Below the pieces are notes generated by a model, which was not told the DNA's origin, ran no database searches, and worked only from the letters and a program-made list of their open reading frames with translations. Below, in pieces: positions 60,271 through 64,000 of a stretch of DNA of 64,000 nt (position 1 is its first letter; the number at the start of each line of letters is the position of its first letter). Location of the stretch: contig NC_058368.1 of NCBI RefSeq assembly GCF_018350175.1, positions 101,124,001-101,188,000 of the forward strand. Reading direction: 5' to 3'. The position numbers and the translations under genes are program-made. Source of the stretch: Felis catus. Lineage: Eukaryota.

Positions 60271-63200
60271 GTATGAATATCGTAGATGGAAAAATGAGGT
60301 CAGGAGCATTAGAATCCTCTCTGTCTTCCTAAGATAATATAGTTGGCTGCCTTGCTTGCTGTCACAGGCATTTCAGGGTTCACCTCCAGTGTGCCGTGGG
60401 TATGAACTTAATTAAGTACTAAGAGGTAATGAATTGGAATTTTTTGCTTAGTACTATTTTTCTTCAGAGCGTGCAAACCCATAAATCCTGCAAAGCTGTC
60501 AAAAGGAAATACCTACTCTGCTAGTGATGTGGAGGAAAACAGATGCCACTTATTCAATAAACTAATATCCACACAGAAGAAAAATGTTGACCAGATACCT
60601 CAGAGTCAAAGTTGGTTTGAAAGTTTGTCAATAAAGAATTTTATGGCCATGAACTGAGGATGAAATTTAGCTGAACAAGTGAATTAAAATTTCAGGTGCT
60701 TTGACGAGTGGCACAGTAGATATAATGGAACTATTATTTATGAATCAAAACTCGTTTATTCGACAGTCTTGAGAGCCGGGAGCGCAAAAGACAAAAATCA
60801 AAATAATTCAATAAGAAAGGACTGTGCTTTCTCTCCCTTTCACATCCTGTGAAGATGTGATTAAACCCCAAATATCTAAGAATAGCCTGGAAAAGGCACT
60901 TTGAATATGAAATGAAATAAAACATGGAAAATGATTTTTTGGAAGGAAGATATGCAGTTGGAAGCACGTCTTCTGAATTATTTTCTTCGTTTGGCCACTG
61001 ATTAACCTTAAGCCCCTCTGTTCTCTTTGCCTTATGTTACACCCCTAGCTGTCCCCTCCCAGCTGAGTGGCATATGACAGTGTACTGGCGAACCTGGCAG
61101 GGACACAGAGGGTGGAGATGTGCTGGGAAGGGGGTGGATGTGTTCTAAAATAATAAGAACCCCTTTTAGTATATATATGCACATTTACATGTGTCTTTGT
61201 TCTTTATTTGTGCTTTTCTAGAAACCTCTTGCCAAGCATCAAGCATTGCTGTAATTAATTAATGTTGAAATGATTGCGTTAGTGTTGTTAAGGTAGCTGG
61301 GCCTTTCCAGTCTTTCACTTTCCAGGGAGAGATCCTGGTGAAACTGTCATCAGACCTCTGCACGTGTTAGTGCTTTGGGCTTTAGAAGTGACCACGAAAG
61401 TTGTGCAAGTGTTTTCCTCACTCAGGAAGGGTTTCCTTTGAAAGTTTCTCTGTTTTGCAAGTACGCATGTAGCTTCGAGATGCTTCTCTTCCAAGTTTGC
61501 AGTGCATTTTAGGAGTTTTGAAGCCTAAAAGAGGCGTTAACTTGTGTTACTAGGAACTTGCGTTCAGATGTATGGATTCGTTAGTGGCACAGATACGTTG
61601 TTATCATAGTAACTAAATGTGCAAGGTAAGATGAAATGATCGTTGAAAGTTTCTGGGTCCTGAAACGCCAGGCTTAGCTTTGAGTATGATTTGATTTCAT
61701 GCTGAATATCACATAAAGCAATAAGAATATGTTACAGTAAATGGATACTGAAACAGACTATTTTGTCCGACCCCGGTTACACTTGGAAAACCATATGCAT
61801 ATTATGGCTTAAGTCCCTGTGAAGTCTGTCCCATCAAATAATACTGTCATGATTTGTAAAACATCTATGTAAGCTGTCAGAAAAACACCTGATAATTTCA
61901 GAAAACTTAGATACACCAAATACATGTGCAGGAGGGGTTGTTGGGTGAGCGCTGATTTAAAGTTAATTGAGAGTTACTGGCAGAAATCCACATGGCAGGA
62001 GTTTTCCATTCTGTGCTAGACATGGCTGGGCTTCTTTGACTCACATGCCCAGATGTGGTGTGGCCAGGCCTTCCCAGATGATGCACAGTGATGGGTGCTT
62101 GATGTCCAGGTACATAGCCAGGGTGGGATCAGATGACTCAGGCAGCGGTTACTTCTCTCTTCCCTGTCTTTGCTCTCTGTTCAGACGTAGTCACCATCAT
62201 TCACGAATAAGTTGAATTTAAGAATTAGGACTTCAAAAAAATTAGGCCCTTCATAGGCAAAGTAATCAAGTTCGTGGCTTCTTAGTAACGATGAGGCAGT
62301 CCTTAAATTACTCCATCGTATCCGAATTGATTATTGGAGATACGGGCAAAATTGGGGAAGATACCCACTCACTTTGATGCACTTGTTTTAGGCACCTGAT
62401 TTGCTTTTTGCCTATAGTACTGGAATAGCTCTTTTCAGTTCTAGAATCTAGAATGCGGTCTTTGCACCAGCAAGTTTGGAAGTAGAAGATACTCTCTATA
62501 ATTCTTAACCACATGAGTGAATTGCCAAGAAAGAGGAAGAACTCACTTTCAGTATCAAATTTGTGTATGACGGTTGCGAAATTTGGAGCGTTTTCTCTTA
62601 TTTTCCATGACTTATTTTCAGACTTACAGCTGCTGAGTGTACATATTTTCTTCAGTTATTGACTCCATAAATCAGTTGGCTTTCCATCTTTGGCAGTTGG
62701 TGGCCATTCAGCCGTATACAGTGATAAAGCTTGGAACCTGCCGGTCAGACACCATTTCCCCTCTCTTTGAAAAACGCACACGCTTTTATTTTGATAGGAA
62801 AATTGTGCTAGAAAACCAGGGGCAAAAAAGACATCGAAGACAAAGTCGGAAGGAAAACAGGTTAGAGTTTCAAACACGTCCAAATTTGAAACAGGCCCCA
62901 GAATCCGAGGTCCAAAAGATTTTTCACTCAACGGACTGAGTATTTGGCCATGAAACCCAACCCATCTGAACCTTCATCAAAAGAGACTTTGTGTGTCTAT
63001 ATCCGTGAGCTTTTCCATGGGAGAGACCATCAAAAAGTCTCTGCCTTGATATAAAGGAAAAAGATCCGGGGACGCTTAGAGTTGCCAGATCGCCCTTTTT
63101 CATGACCACGCTGTTTACACTAAATGCAGAAATAAATTCCATTTGCCCTAGCCAGGTAAGAAATTAGCACTCAAGATCAAAACACATCCGTGGGGGTCCT

Positions 63201-64000
63201 GGGGCCACGGAAGTGTTATTTCTCGATTCTGTTCTGTTAATACTTTGCAAACAGACTCCCAATTCTTGTCTTCCTTTTTCCCAGGCTACTAACTTTTTCT
63301 TTGCCCTGAGTGGATTCAAAAGGAAGAAGCTGTTGGCATCTACACGCCCCAAGGGTTTATTTAGGAACTTCATAAACACTAGGGGTTTTGCATTAGCTTA
63401 TGACCTAGGCCAGGGCAGCTGAAATCCCTTTTGCTTGAACCAGGAGTTAGAAATCCCTTTTCTCTTCTGTTTTTCTGCTGCAGAAACCCTCAACAGTCCT
63501 ACTGGGGGGGCTCCAGAAAGGGGTAGGCAAAGCCTTCAATCTCAGTGGATTATTTTTTGATGAACCTGTCGTCTTTTTTTGTCTGCAGAAAGTATCTTTC
63601 TAATGCTTATCTTTATGTTGCCTCCTTTTTCTTTTCTCCTTGGGTTTTGTTTTGTTTTTTGGGGGGTTTTTTTTTGGTGGCACGTTTGCCTTTTAGCCTC
63701 CCAGGTGTACCATCAGCTGCTCACATTTGTGTCGTTTTGAGTATCATTGTTTGTAACTGGATGTGGTGGTACCAGAGGGGAAAGTAACCCTAGAAGGTGC
63801 TCTTTGGTGGGAGGAGCCTGGAGATGATCCATCACCGTGATCGTTTGTTTTCAGTGTGTCCATGTTCTTGTGTTCCACTGTCCCCCTGCCCCCAAATGCG
63901 AAGCTTCTGTTCTTTTTAGGGTTTCGTGTTCTCCAGGTCCTTTTGGCTCTGTACTTTCACCGCTTTCCTGCAATCTTTTCCTTCTTACATACAGCTGCAT

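Larger units (their letters stand above)
1..64000 (+). other. PRDM6: Internal portion of the PRDM6 transcription unit (long intron, three exons, two complete introns, start of next intron)
   Basis: Three in-phase exons matching PRDM6 as I recall it; neither the upstream exon nor the downstream zinc-finger exons (PYQCGHC...) were found in the window. Confidence 0.93.

Noticed and set aside
1..64000. A new multi-gene, CRISPR-like or prokaryotic-type system
   Set aside because: No repeat-spacer array, operon or foreign-composition insert is visible. The recurring 200-bp units are dispersed Can-SINEs.

Overview
Mammalian (felid) genomic DNA. It is dense in tRNA-derived Can-SINEs with cat-type (SINEC_Fc-like) diagnostics, so domestic cat or a close relative is likely. 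The window lies entirely inside PRDM6 on the + strand. Three internal coding exons (43342-43469, 47072-47196, 59659-60001) have canonical AG/GT boundaries and compatible phases. They encode the C-terminal part of the PR/SET domain, the linker and the first (degenerate) zinc finger. They probably correspond to human exons 4-6, so 1-43341 is part of the long preceding intron. The rest is intronic: about 41 Can-SINE copies, old L1/L2/MIR/MER5/ERVL relics, microsatellites, and several repeat-poor stretches that look like regulatory DNA. Apart from the ORF overlapping the third exon, the ORF track is SINE-derived or chance. I found no support for a new multi-gene system. The most unusual sequence-level feature is a SINE-spacer-SINE composite bounded by one 16-bp target-site duplication (28364-28951), suggesting a read-through/transducing SINE dimer. 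Repeat family names and boundaries are by eye and approximate.
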